64,000 nt of DNA. Origin: an uncultured Planctomycetota bacterium. Its GTDB lineage: Bacteria; Planctomycetota; Planctomycetia; Isosphaerales; Isosphaeraceae. The notes under the pieces were generated by a model. That model made no database searches. It had not been told where the DNA came from and saw only the letters and a list, made by a program, of their open reading frames with translations. A program made the translations under genes and the position numbers. Position 1 is the stretch's first letter. Each line of letters starts with the position of its first letter. Below are positions 31,986 through 41,916 of this stretch, piece by piece. The DNA lies in contig CAWJTV010000025.1 in the NCBI GenBank assembly GCA_963845755.1, positions 192,001-256,000 on the forward strand. The letters run 5' to 3'.

Positions 31986-34007
31986 ATGAACTCATTCGGA
32001 TTCGTTCGTGTCACGTGCGTCTCGCCCCGGGTCGTGGTGGCCAACCCCTCGGCCAACGCCGCCGAGGTCGTCTGTGTGCTGGGGTCGTTGCCCGATCGGG
32101 ATATCGTCTTGTTCCCGGAGCTGTGCGTGACCGGCTACACATGCGCGGACCTGTTCGGCCAGTCGTCGCTGCTGGATGCCGGCCGGCATGCACTCGGTCG
32201 GATCGTCGAGGCGACCGCCGGACGCGGCCAACTGGTGGTCGTCGGCCTGCCGCTTCCCGTGGGGAACAGTCTGTTCAACTGCGCGGTGGCGATCGGCGAC
32301 GGCGCGGTCCTGGGCGTCGTGCCCAAGCAGTTCTTACCGAGCTACAAGGAGTACTACGAGAGCCGATGGTTCAGTCCGGCGACCGGCAAGGAGCCGGCCA
32401 CGATCGAGCTCGGCGGCCGGACGGTGCCGTTCGGGATCGATCTGTTGTTCGAGGCGCGGGGCAGGGGGGGCGAGGCCGGGCCGGACGGTGTCGTTGTCGG
32501 CATCGAGATCTGCGAGGACCTCTGGGTACCGGTGCCTCCGAGCGCGCTCCAGGCGATGGCCGGCGCGACGATCCTGCTGAACCTCTCGGCGAGCAACGAG
32601 ACGATCGGCAAGAACCGGTATCGCTCGGACCTGGTCGTGGGCCAGTCCGGCCGCTGCGTCGCGGCCTATGCGATGGCCGGCTGCGGCCCGTCGGAGTCGA
32701 CGACCGACGTGGTGTTCGGCGGTCACTGCCTCATCGCCGAGAATGGCCTCCTCCTGGCCGAATCGCCACGGGTCGGTGACGGACAGCCGGTTCGTCACGA
32801 ATCTTACAGCATCACTCGGGACGTCAACGTCGCCCGGCTGAGGACGGATCGTCGTGTGATGACCAGCTTCGACGATCGTCTCTCGTCATTGCGGCCGTTC
32901 CGGCGCATCGCCTTCGCGCTAGCCCCGGAGATGGAGGGCCTGGAGCGCGTCGTGCCCGGCACGCCGTTCGTGCCAGGGGAGGGACCCGAGCTCCACCGCC
33001 GTTGTGCCGAGATCTTCGGCATCCAGTGCGCGGGGCTGGCCAAGCGGATCGAGCAGCTCCCTGCCGGAACGCCGATGAATGTCGGCATCTCGGGGGGCCT
33101 GGATTCGACGCTGTCGCTGCTGGTCTCGGTCACCACCTGCGACATGCTCGGGCTCAATCGACGCACGGTTCACGGCCTGACGATGCCCGGCTTCGGCACA
33201 ACCCAGCGCACCCGCACCAACGCGCTGGACCTGATGGCGCATCTGGGGGTTTCGTCCGAGACGATCGACATCGGCGCGCTGGCTCTCGAAGCCTTCCGCG
33301 AGCTGAAGCACGACCCTTTCGGCATCGACTGTACAGACCTTGATGTGGAATCGTTTCGCAACGCCCTCGGGCGCGTGCCGGTCGAGTCGCGCTGCGACCT
33401 GACGTTCGAAAACGTCCAGGCCCGGCTGAGGACGTTCCTTCTGATGTCCAAGGGCTTCGTGGTCGGCACCGGGGACCTTTCGGAGCTGGCCCTGGGATGG
33501 TGTACTTACAATGGCGACCACATGAGCATGTACAACCCGAATTGCTCGATCCCCAAGACGCTGGTGAAGTTCCTGGTGCACTACGTGGCGATGAATCAGT
33601 ACCCGGACGGCCCGGTGCGTCGGACGCTCCTATCGATCGTCGATACGACGATCTCGCCAGAGCTATTACCGGTCTCACTGGCCGGCGAGATCGAACAATC
33701 GACCGAGGCGACCATTGGACCCTACGAGATCCACGACTTCATCCTGTACCACGCGGTGCGACTCGGTTATTCGCCGGCCAAGATCCTGTTCTTGAGCAAT
33801 TACGCCGCGTTCTCGCAGGCGTATTCTCGCGAGTTGATCGAGCGAACCCTGCGGACATTCTATACTCGCTTCTTCCACAATCAGTTCAAGCGTTCGTGCG
33901 TGCCCGACGGTCCAAAAGTCGGGACAGTGAGCCTCTCGCCCCGAGGCGATTGGAGGATGCCGTCGGACGCCGATCCGGCTGCCTGGTTGGAGTGGGATGA
34001 GACGTGA
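31986..34007 (+). CDS. nadE: Glutamine-dependent NAD+ synthetase
   Basis: Nitrilase domain (FPELCVTGYTC, EICEDLW) plus synthetase domain (GISGGLDS, ENVQARLR, GTGDLSE, NQFKR, SLSPRGDWRMPSD). Confidence 0.97.
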   Translation: MNSFGFVRVTCVSPRVVVANPSANAAEVVCVLGSLPDRDIVLFPELCVTGYTCADLFGQSSLLDAGRHALGRIVEATAGRGQLVVVGLPLPVGNSLFNCAVAIGDGAVLGVVPKQFLPSYKEYYESRWFSPATGKEPATIELGGRTVPFGIDLLFEARGRGGEAGPDGVVVGIEICEDLWVPVPPSALQAMAGATILLNLSASNETIGKNRYRSDLVVGQSGRCVAAYAMAGCGPSESTTDVVFGGHCLIAENGLLLAESPRVGDGQPVRHESYSITRDVNVARLRTDRRVMTSFDDRLSSLRPFRRIAFALAPEMEGLERVVPGTPFVPGEGPELHRRCAEIFGIQCAGLAKRIEQLPAGTPMNVGISGGLDSTLSLLVSVTTCDMLGLNRRTVHGLTMPGFGTTQRTRTNALDLMAHLGVSSETIDIGALALEAFRELKHDPFGIDCTDLDVESFRNALGRVPVESRCDLTFENVQARLRTFLLMSKGFVVGTGDLSELALGWCTYNGDHMSMYNPNCSIPKTLVKFLVHYVAMNQYPDGPVRRTLLSIVDTTISPELLPVSLAGEIEQSTEATIGPYEIHDFILYHAVRLGYSPAKILFLSNYAAFSQAYSRELIERTLRTFYTRFFHNQFKRSCVPDGPKVGTVSLSPRGDWRMPSDADPAAWLEWDET

Positions 34008-34094
34008 GACACTTCGGATGCGGATCGGTTCGGATCGGACGGCGACGGGATATCGGACCAGGGGGGCGTTCGATTCCGAAAGTAACCCGGAGGC

Positions 34095-35033
34095 TCAACC
34101 TCGAAGACTCAACTCCCACGTCTCGCCGACGAGATCCTGGCCCCAATCGTGATGCGGTTCCGCTCGCACAAGGCGATAGCCGGCCGCGGCATAAATTCTC
34201 CGCGCGGCGTGGAGGACGTCATTTGTCCAGAGGAGGATCTTCTTGTATCCGACCTGACGCGCAAAGGTCGTGCACTCGTCGACCAGGCGAGCTCCGATCC
34301 CCAATCCACGCGCGGAGGGCTCGACGAGCAAGAGACGGAGCTTCGCCACCGTCTTCGTCTTCTTGACCAGGAGCACGGATCCGACGTTCTGGCCATCCCG
34401 CTCGGCGATCCAGCAGCGCTCAACCTTCGGGTCATAGTGCTCGACGAACCTGGCGACGATCTCGGCCACGAGGGCCTCGAAGCGTTCGTCCCAGCCATAT
34501 TCCTGGGTGTAGAGTACGCCGTGACGGTAGACGATCCAGCCCAGGTCGCCCGGGCGATGCGATCGAAGGAGATAGGGGATCGCGGGTTCAGGACGGCCGC
34601 CGAGCAGCGATTCGATCGTGCCCATCGACTCGATCAGCCGGTCTTGATCGGCGACGGCCAATCGGTCAACCAGGCCGCGAACCTCGTCGCGCGAGCGGGT
34701 GTCAAGTCGCATGAACGCCTCGCGGCCCTTCTTCGTGAGCGAAAGGAAACTCCGCCGCCGATCCTCAGCCGAGAGCCTGCGACTCAGCAGGCCGCGCGTC
34801 TCGAACTCGCGCAGGATGCGGCTCAGGTATCCCGCATCCAGGCCCAGTTCCTCAACGATGGCCGTCGCCGTGGGCGACTCGCTGTGAGCGAGCTCGAACA
34901 ATACCCGAACTTCTGTCAGAGAGAACGGGCTCCGCAAGAATCCTTCATGCAACACGCCGATCATCTTCGTATAAGAACGATTGAAACGCCTGATGGCTGC
35001 GACGCGGGATTCGATGTCGGTTTCAGTGGCCAT
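34095..35033 (-). CDS. Bifunctional MarR-type HTH regulator / GNAT acetyltransferase
   Basis: IRRFNRSYTKMIGVL...LGLDAGYLSRIL...EDRRRSFLSLT; then LRLLLVEPSARGLGIG...LWTNDVLHAARRIY. Confidence 0.95.
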   Translation of the reverse strand: MATETDIESRVAAIRRFNRSYTKMIGVLHEGFLRSPFSLTEVRVLFELAHSESPTATAIVEELGLDAGYLSRILREFETRGLLSRRLSAEDRRRSFLSLTKKGREAFMRLDTRSRDEVRGLVDRLAVADQDRLIESMGTIESLLGGRPEPAIPYLLRSHRPGDLGWIVYRHGVLYTQEYGWDERFEALVAEIVARFVEHYDPKVERCWIAERDGQNVGSVLLVKKTKTVAKLRLLLVEPSARGLGIGARLVDECTTFARQVGYKKILLWTNDVLHAARRIYAAAGYRLVRAEPHHDWGQDLVGETWELSLRG

Positions 35034-35215
35034 GCGCGTGAGGATACAGAAACTATTTGCCAGAGTCAACCATTTTGTTGACGACGGCAAGGAAATCAAC
35101 CTGGTCGGCTCCGCCTCTGGAACCGGCGGCGGGACACGCGATACACTGAGATGGTCAAGCGCGTCTTCAGTTGACCAAGAGTCGGTATGATGATGGGGAG
35201 CGCTCCGTCGCGATC

Positions 35216-36097
35216 ATGACAAACGACATTCTCGACCAGGCCGCGGCAGTGATCGCGGCGGCCGACGCCATGTTGATCGGTGCAGGTGCCGGGATGGGGG
35301 TTAACAGCGGCCTACCCGATTTCCGCGGGCCGCAGGGATTCTGGCGGGCGTATCCGCCGTATGAGCGGCTGGGGCTCAACTTCGTCGCGCTGGCCAACCC
35401 ACGTTGGTTCGCCGACGATCCTGAGCTCGCATGGGGGTTCTACGGGCATCGGATGGGCCTATACCGACGCACCGAGCCGCATGGGGGGTTCGCCATCCTC
35501 CGCCGATGGGTCGATCAGATGCCGCGGGGCGGGTTTGTGTACACGTCGAACGTCGATGGCCATTTTCAGCGGGCCGGGTTCGATCCCGATCGGATCCTCG
35601 AGGTCCATGGGGCCATTGACGGCATGCAATGCCTGGGCGACTGCGGCATCGGGATCTTTCCGTCCGAGCCCTACGAGGTCGCGATCGACCTGGAGACGAT
35701 GAGGGCGATCGCCCCCCTCCCGGCCTGTCCGAAATGCGGTGGTCGAACGCGCCCGAATATCCTGATGTTCGGCGATCGCGGCTGGAGCTCATCGCGAGCC
35801 GACGCACAGGAGCGCCGGCTGGCCGCCTGGCTGCGAACGCTCGACGGTGCACGTCTCGTCGTCGTCGAGCTGGGCGCCGGTCTGGCCGTCCCGACGATCC
35901 GGATCATGAGCGAGGATTTCATCGAGGCGCCGGGTCGCACGCTGATCCGGATCAATCTCCGCGAACCCGACGTACCGCCCGGCCACGTCAATATCGCGAT
36001 GGGCGCCCTGGCGGCCCTCCAGGCCCTGGACACGCTCACGACTTCTTCCGCGGTCCGTCGAACGGGGCGGGCAGAAGATCGTGGACAGCCTGGATGA
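35216..36097 (+). CDS. Sir2 family NAD-dependent protein deacylase
   Basis: GAGAGMGVNSGLPDFRG, TSNVDGHFQRAG, EVHG, Zn-finger Cys pairs, RPNILMFGD and ELGAG. Confidence 0.95.
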   Translation: MTNDILDQAAAVIAAADAMLIGAGAGMGVNSGLPDFRGPQGFWRAYPPYERLGLNFVALANPRWFADDPELAWGFYGHRMGLYRRTEPHGGFAILRRWVDQMPRGGFVYTSNVDGHFQRAGFDPDRILEVHGAIDGMQCLGDCGIGIFPSEPYEVAIDLETMRAIAPLPACPKCGGRTRPNILMFGDRGWSSSRADAQERRLAAWLRTLDGARLVVVELGAGLAVPTIRIMSEDFIEAPGRTLIRINLREPDVPPGHVNIAMGALAALQALDTLTTSSAVRRTGRAEDRGQPG

Positions 36098-37470
36098 TGC
36101 GGTCCTCAGTCTCGGGGGCCAACCGGGTGGGGTGCCCGTAGTAGATCATCGAGGAATCGGCCTCGTATCCGCCCTCGCTGAGGATCCGGCGCGAGGGGAT
36201 ATAGCAGGGCACGTCGTTGCTATAGGCGGCGATCCACAGGTGTTCGCCGTCGATCTCCCACTTGAGCCGGAGCGCGTAATCCACGACGACTTCCCCGGCG
36301 AGGAAGACCATGGCCATGTCGTCGCCGAAGCACCAGGTCTGGACGCGGTAGGGCACCGTGGTGGGAAGGGATTCGCCGCGGTCGAGTCGCTCGATCAGGG
36401 TGCGGGCTAGGAAGCCTTCGGAGCCCGATCGCCTGGCGCGGTCGGCGAGTGCCGCACGGGTGGGAAGCGGTTCGAGAGGCAGCTCGATCTGACGGAACCG
36501 ACAGGCAATCCGGCCGGTCAATGACGTCAAGCCGGTCTTCGCCGCGAGGAGCCGGTTCACCTCGGAACCCGCGGCGGCCCCGTGTTGCCTGGCGTCCTCG
36601 AGGTTGCGGCGCGGCTCGGGGTTGGCATCGGCGCCACAGCCGATGATGGCCACCGCAACGGCGCCCGGTGATTGCGCCTCGATCGCGTCGCACGCGTAGC
36701 CGGCCCACTCCGCACAGATCTTGTTGAATTCGCCGCCGAGCGTCGTGCAATGGCAGGCGTAGCCAAACAGCACGGCGCGGACCTTGCCGGATGGGTCGGT
36801 GGCGACCAGCACGGGAAGGCTGGGGTCCGTTGGACCGTTGGGGTTGACGCCGAAGTTCACCCACTTTCCGTTCTTCAGCACCCGGCGATTGGCCGCGAAA
36901 CCGGCCCGGCCCTGACCCCACGCCAGGCTCGCCGGCCTGCGATCGTCCAGCGCCGTCAGTGCAGCCTTCTCGATCGCGTCGGTCAGCTCACGCCCGTAGC
37001 GTTCGATGTGGTCCTTCTGGTCCTGGGGCAACGGCCGTCCGAAGATATACGCCAGCTCGCTACTGAGTGCCGGGTGCGCAGTGGGTGTGCGTCGAACAGA
37101 CCGTGAACCGCTCTCGCTTCAGCGCCACTTTCGACTTCAGCCGCGCCGCGACCTCCTCGACGATCTTCGCCCCGACGGCGCAGTTGTCCACGGCGACCAG
37201 GATGGCCGGGCCTCCTTCGGCGCCATCACCACCGATCGCCAGTGCGCGGGCTTTCAGCGGGCTGGCGACCCCTTCGGACTCGGTCGTGCGACTCCCATAA
37301 CCTGTCAATCGGATCGGATAGCCGGGCGTGATGTCTACCACGGCGACTCCGACGGGCACCGGTGCGCCTGCCGTCGAGGGTGCCGAGCCAACCTCGAATG
37401 CCCAAGCCGGGACATCCCCGAAACCCATCAAAACGAACAACGCGATCGATAGTCTGTGGGAAAAGCGCAT
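36036..37470 (-). CDS. Secreted neutral/alkaline ceramidase-like hydrolase; frameshift near 37070
   Basis: GVAVVDITP...RLTGYGSR, STHTHCAP, YACHCTT, GCGADANP, GEVVVDY and YSNDVPCYIPS...EGGYE. Confidence 0.85.
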
Positions 37471-37599
37471 GAGTTCCGTCCTTTCCGATGATTCCTTGGC
37501 TCATGTGGAGAATCTTGTGGGCGGGGAGGAGGAGACTGCCGTTCTTGCACTCGGTCGGGGTCGCGAGTCCGGCATCTGCGCCGTCTCCCCACTCTCCGC

Positions 37600-39402
37600 T
37601 CAATAGCGCCAGCTCGTGACGTCGCCGCCGGGCGGTGCCGACTTCAGGATGCGTTCGACGATACGGGGGGCGAACATCTGGTGATAGCGAAGCCGGCTGA
37701 TGCCGTTCGGACGGGTCGGGTCGCCGTTCCAGCAATGCTCCGCACGATCGCCGTAAGCAACCTCGCCGCCGTAGGCGGGATCCTTGGTGTTCTTGAGGAT
37801 GTCCTCGACGAGGTAGACGGCGTTATTCAGATAAAAGTTGTCCATATCTCCGACGTAAATGTGAATCTTCCCCTCGAGCTTCTTGCCAACTTTAGGCCAG
37901 TCGCGTTCGAGGATATGGCCGAGATCGTAGTGGTCGCGCCAGTATTGAGCGACCTCGCGATCGATGACGCCGGTCCGTTTGTCCCAGATCCGTTTAGGGT
38001 ATCCATCGGGGCCGACGGGGGAATAGACGGCCTCCCAGATATCCCACTGCTGGCCCGAGCGGCTTTTTGTGCCGAGGACCAGCTCGAGGTGGTTCACGTC
38101 CTCGAGGGTCGAGCCGACGTGCCCAAGATAATTCCGCATCCCGGGCCGGGGGACCTTGTGCCAGGGGCCCTCGTCGAAGTAAGCGTTCTTGTCCTTGTAG
38201 ATGTCGACGACCGTATAAGCACGGAAGTCGATCGGATCCGGGCAGGCGGCCCAGCAACCGTTGTATTCGTCGGGATAGAACACCTGGGCGGCCAGCGCCT
38301 CCCAGCCGCCGGTCGAGCCGCCGTAGAGGAACCGTGCCCATCCGGCGCCGAGGCATCGGTACTTCTTTTCCAGGAAGGGAATCAGCTCGTAGGTGATGGC
38401 GTCGCCGTACGGGCCAAGGTTGGCAGAGTTCACCGCATAAGAGTCATCGTAATACGGGTTGGCGTGCTGGATCTCGATGATGACCATGCGTGGATAGTCC
38501 GGTCCGGTCCATTCCTTGTAGAACTGATGGGCGAGCTCTTGCGAGGCTCGGTTATACGCGGGCATGTGGAATCGCTCGCTGTATTCGGGCTTGAGATCCG
38601 GATCCGGCGGTTCTTCGCGGAAGCCGCCGAAGGTCTGGGGGAAATGGCCGTGGAAAATGACCAGGGGATAGCGAGCCTGGGGGTGCGCATCGAACCCTTC
38701 GGGCAGCAGGACGTGCGCGCCGAGGTGCATGGGCCGTCCCCAGAACTTCGTGAGCCGCTCGCTCGGGATCCGCTCGTGCTTGATGTACTTTGTGGTCGCC
38801 GGCTCGGGGATCGGCGGGATGACCTTGTCGAGGCGGACGCGGATCGTCGCAGACGGGCCCCCGCTCGATCATGACCTCGCGGGGCGTGCTGTAGAGATTC
38901 CCGGCGCGCGATTCCAGTGCTGTCCTTCGCCCCGGTCCATGGGCAGCTTCACGGTATGCCCGTCGGCGCGGTGGAACGTCTCGTACCGGTGCAACAGGGC
39001 CTGGACCCGGTAACGACCGGCCGGGACCTGGCGCAGGCTTTCCAACGGGTAGCCCCGAGTCGTCTCGTCGATCACGACCTCTTGATCGGGCGCCAGGGCA
39101 TCGAGGTCGATGCCGAAGATCTGCTGGGTCTTCGGGCCGTCGTTGATCTGGAGCCGGGGTTCATCCTTGTCGTCGGTGGAGAGCATCACGAGTAGCCGGC
39201 CATCGATCGGCGTCGCGCTCAGGTCGCGACCGAAGCTGACATGGATCCGGATCGGGGCAGGATTTCCCTCGCCCGCTTTCTGGAGCGGTTCCGCCCGGAC
39301 CGGGACACCCACGAGCGGCAGAACGCTCGGGCCCCACGCCCAGATTCCCAAGGCCAGGAATTGCCATCGGATCGCTCGGGCCGCTCGTCTCATCGTCGTC
39401 AT
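37600..39402 (-). CDS. Secreted alpha/beta-hydrolase (esterase-like); frameshift(s) near 38850-38900
   Basis: GGSTGGW nucleophile elbow, DDSYAVNSANLGPYGDA and YVGDMDNFYL; N-terminal ORF 38869-39456 with signal peptide. Confidence 0.85.
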
Positions 39403-39534
39403 ACGCTGGGCTCCGTGGTGTCGATCGGTCGCGATCGGCCGGTCTTGCGCCGGCACGAGGGTTCGCGTTATTCTGCACTCGAAACCCGTGAGTGACCAGG
39501 GGCTACCGAGACGTCAATGTTCGGCCTCGCTTGT

Positions 39535-40919
39535 TCAATCGAGGAAAGCGAACGTCCAGTTCGCCAACGTGCTGCCGGTGCCGTGGACGACATGAACCGG
39601 ATCTCCGTCTGGCCGCTCGCATGCGCCGATCCGGCCGTATGCGATAGGTGCTCGGATCGCGGGAGGAGATACAGAAGTTCCATGAGTCCGGAAGCTCGTG
39701 CCAGGCGTCCGGGTTCGTGTGGCAGTAGAGGTTCATGGCCGTCTGGTCGCTCCAGTCGCGGGTGCCCTCGAGCGCGACGGACAGTCGGAGCCGATAGACT
39801 TCCGGGAGGTGGCGCACGAAGCTAAGGGCTGTGCCGGCAACGAACCCCGCGTTCAGATAGCGCGTGGTGGAGAGCAGCTCGAAGGCCCTCCGACGGGCGA
39901 CCGGATCACCGATGGTCTGGGTCCACAGGGCGATCAGCGGACTCTCCCCGATCTTGACGGGCTCCCGCGCGAGGATGGAGCCGGTCTGGATGAGTGCGGA
40001 CGATCTCCCACAAACGGGCGAGCCGGCCCTGGAAGAAGATGTCGCCGGCATCCCAGTGGGCGACCGGCATGTCCTCCGGCCAGCGCGCCGCGACCTCCGC
40101 GAAATCGTGGAGCCTCCGGATGCTCGCATGGACGCCGTTCTCCGGGAACGCCACCACCTCGACGCCCGCTGCCTCGAGGCGAGCACACTCGCTGGGATAC
40201 AGGCCATACGCGACGGCCGTGATCGGCTCGCGATTGCCCGATGCGCGGAGTGTCGGCACGAACTGGCGACGGAACCGGTCGTAGTGGTTCCGGTCGAAGG
40301 CGGTCAGGATGCGGCCGGCGGTCGCGTCAGCCATCGGTCGTTCGCAAGGATCGGGGCCACAATCGTCCCCGATCCGCGCCGGCAGAACCCGGCCCGCCGG
40401 ATCAGCATGCGGCCGGTGCCAGGCGAGGGCGCCCGGGAGATAACCGATCCCGAACCCGTCCCGGCGGATGTCATCGCAACAGCACCGGCATTCGCACTTC
40501 CCGGGCTCCCATCGGAAGGTCAATCCCGCCAGCCGTTCCCGGCGGAACAGCGTGGCGGACATCCCGACATGCGGAGGATAATCCCAGTTCCCCCACCCGT
40601 CGGCCATCTCGGCGGCGCTGTCGGCCCCGATGGCCGCGAAGCCCGGCTTCCTGGTGAGTCCCGCCACCAGCCGGGCCACACACTCCGGCCCCAAGACCAC
40701 GTCGTCGTCCAGGTACATCACCCAGGGAGAAGACCCCAGCCGCTTCCCCTCGTTCCGAGCCCGGGCGATCGTCTCCCAGCGGTTGGCATCCTCGGGGCGC
40801 GGAGTCCCGATCACGCGGTGCACGCGGACCTCGACCCCGCGCTGGATCTGGATTCCCCGCCACACGTCCCCGCGCGGCGGCGACCGGTCGCGACTCAGAA
40901 AGATGAGGTCTACATTCAT
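39535..40919 (-). CDS. Glycosyltransferase with two GT-A-like domains; frameshifts near 39975 and 39630
   Basis: TIARARNEGK...WVMYLDDDVVL in domain 1. HWDAGDIFFQG, YLNAGFVAG, WSDQTAMNLY, WNFC and VHVVHG in domain 2. Confidence 0.8.
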
Positions 40920-40962
40920 GAATAATCGTGAAGGGAGGATGGGCGCCTGGCTCGAAGGAGCA

Positions 40963-41442
40963 TCAGTTATTGCAACAGACGCCCAATGGCCGCTCGATCC
41001 CCTCGGCGCTGACCGCCGCGGTCACCCCGTACTCGTGGCGGTGGAGGACCGACGCCGTCTCGGGAACGTAGAGGATCACCTCGGGATGCCAGAGTTCCTC
41101 CAGGTGCTTGACCCTCGCGGCATTCGCGTGCTCGACGATCGCAGCCTCCCCCGCTCGGATCTCCTTCTGCGTCTTCGTGGGGCTGAGGATCGGCCAATCG
41201 TTCGGGTCGTCGGACGTCGCCGCCGAGGGCTTGGGGCGGATCGCCCGGACGTCGTCCGGGCGAATAAACCGCGTAATGATATGCTTGGAATTGAGTACCT
41301 GGACGAGCTTGATGTAAATCACCGCCTCCGCGTCCCAGTCGGTGAGCACGAAGAAGGCTCGGGCGGTTGCCGGATAGGGCGACGGCAAGGCGACCACTCC
41401 GGCGAGCGTGACCGCATGGTGATGTTCATTTGCAAATTCCAT
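40963..41442 (-). CDS. Hypothetical protein ending in VCCNN
   Basis: 159-aa ORF from MEFANEHH, codirectional and 43 bp upstream of the glycosyltransferase. Confidence 0.6.
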   Translation of the reverse strand: MEFANEHHHAVTLAGVVALPSPYPATARAFFVLTDWDAEAVIYIKLVQVLNSKHIITRFIRPDDVRAIRPKPSAATSDDPNDWPILSPTKTQKEIRAGEAAIVEHANAARVKHLEELWHPEVILYVPETASVLHRHEYGVTAAVSAEGIERPLGVCCNN

Positions 41443-41553
41443 CGTCGAACTCCCGTGATCGGCGTGCATCCGCTGCTGGACGTACGGGCCAACCGCGCCC
41501 GTTGGATCGAGGTCTGAATTGTGTTGGTGCCGGGGCGGGTGTGTCAAGCCTAA

Positions 41554-41847
41554 CGCGGCCTTCGGCCGCAACCCCATCGGGATTCCCGATTCGCGATTCC
41601 GGATTCCCGAAGGGGAATGATCCGGGAATTCGGAATCCCGAATCCAGAATCCCCAGATGCGGCATGCGGCAGGGATCCTACGGAGGACGACTCTGACGCG
41701 GCCTTCGGCCGCAACCCCATCGGGATTCCCGATTCGCGATTCCGGATTCCCGAAGGGGAATGATCCGGGAATCGGGAATCTCGAATCCGGAATTCGGAAT
41801 CCCCAGATGCGCGGACGGCGGCAGGGATCCTACGGAGGACGACTCTA
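41554..41847. repeat. Tandem duplication (~143 + ~150 bp) of a GCGGCCTTCGGCCGCAACC + inverted-heptamer element
   Basis: Units at 41554 and 41697 share CGCGGCCTTCGGCCGCAACCCCATCGGGATTCCCGATTCGCGATTCCGG...GGCAGGGATCCTACGGAGGACGACTCT and differ in heptamer number. Confidence 0.9.
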
Positions 41848-41916
41848 GAGTCGGCCGGACGCTGTAAAGCCGAAGAGACCTGGGAGGCCGGGAACTTACT
41901 ACTTTTCTTCCACTGT

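Noticed and set aside
41548..41580. Integron attC site (GCCTAAC matches RYYYAAC)
   Set aside because: No matching GTTRRRY at a suitable distance, no cassette array and no integrase; better explained as the repeat's hairpin cap.
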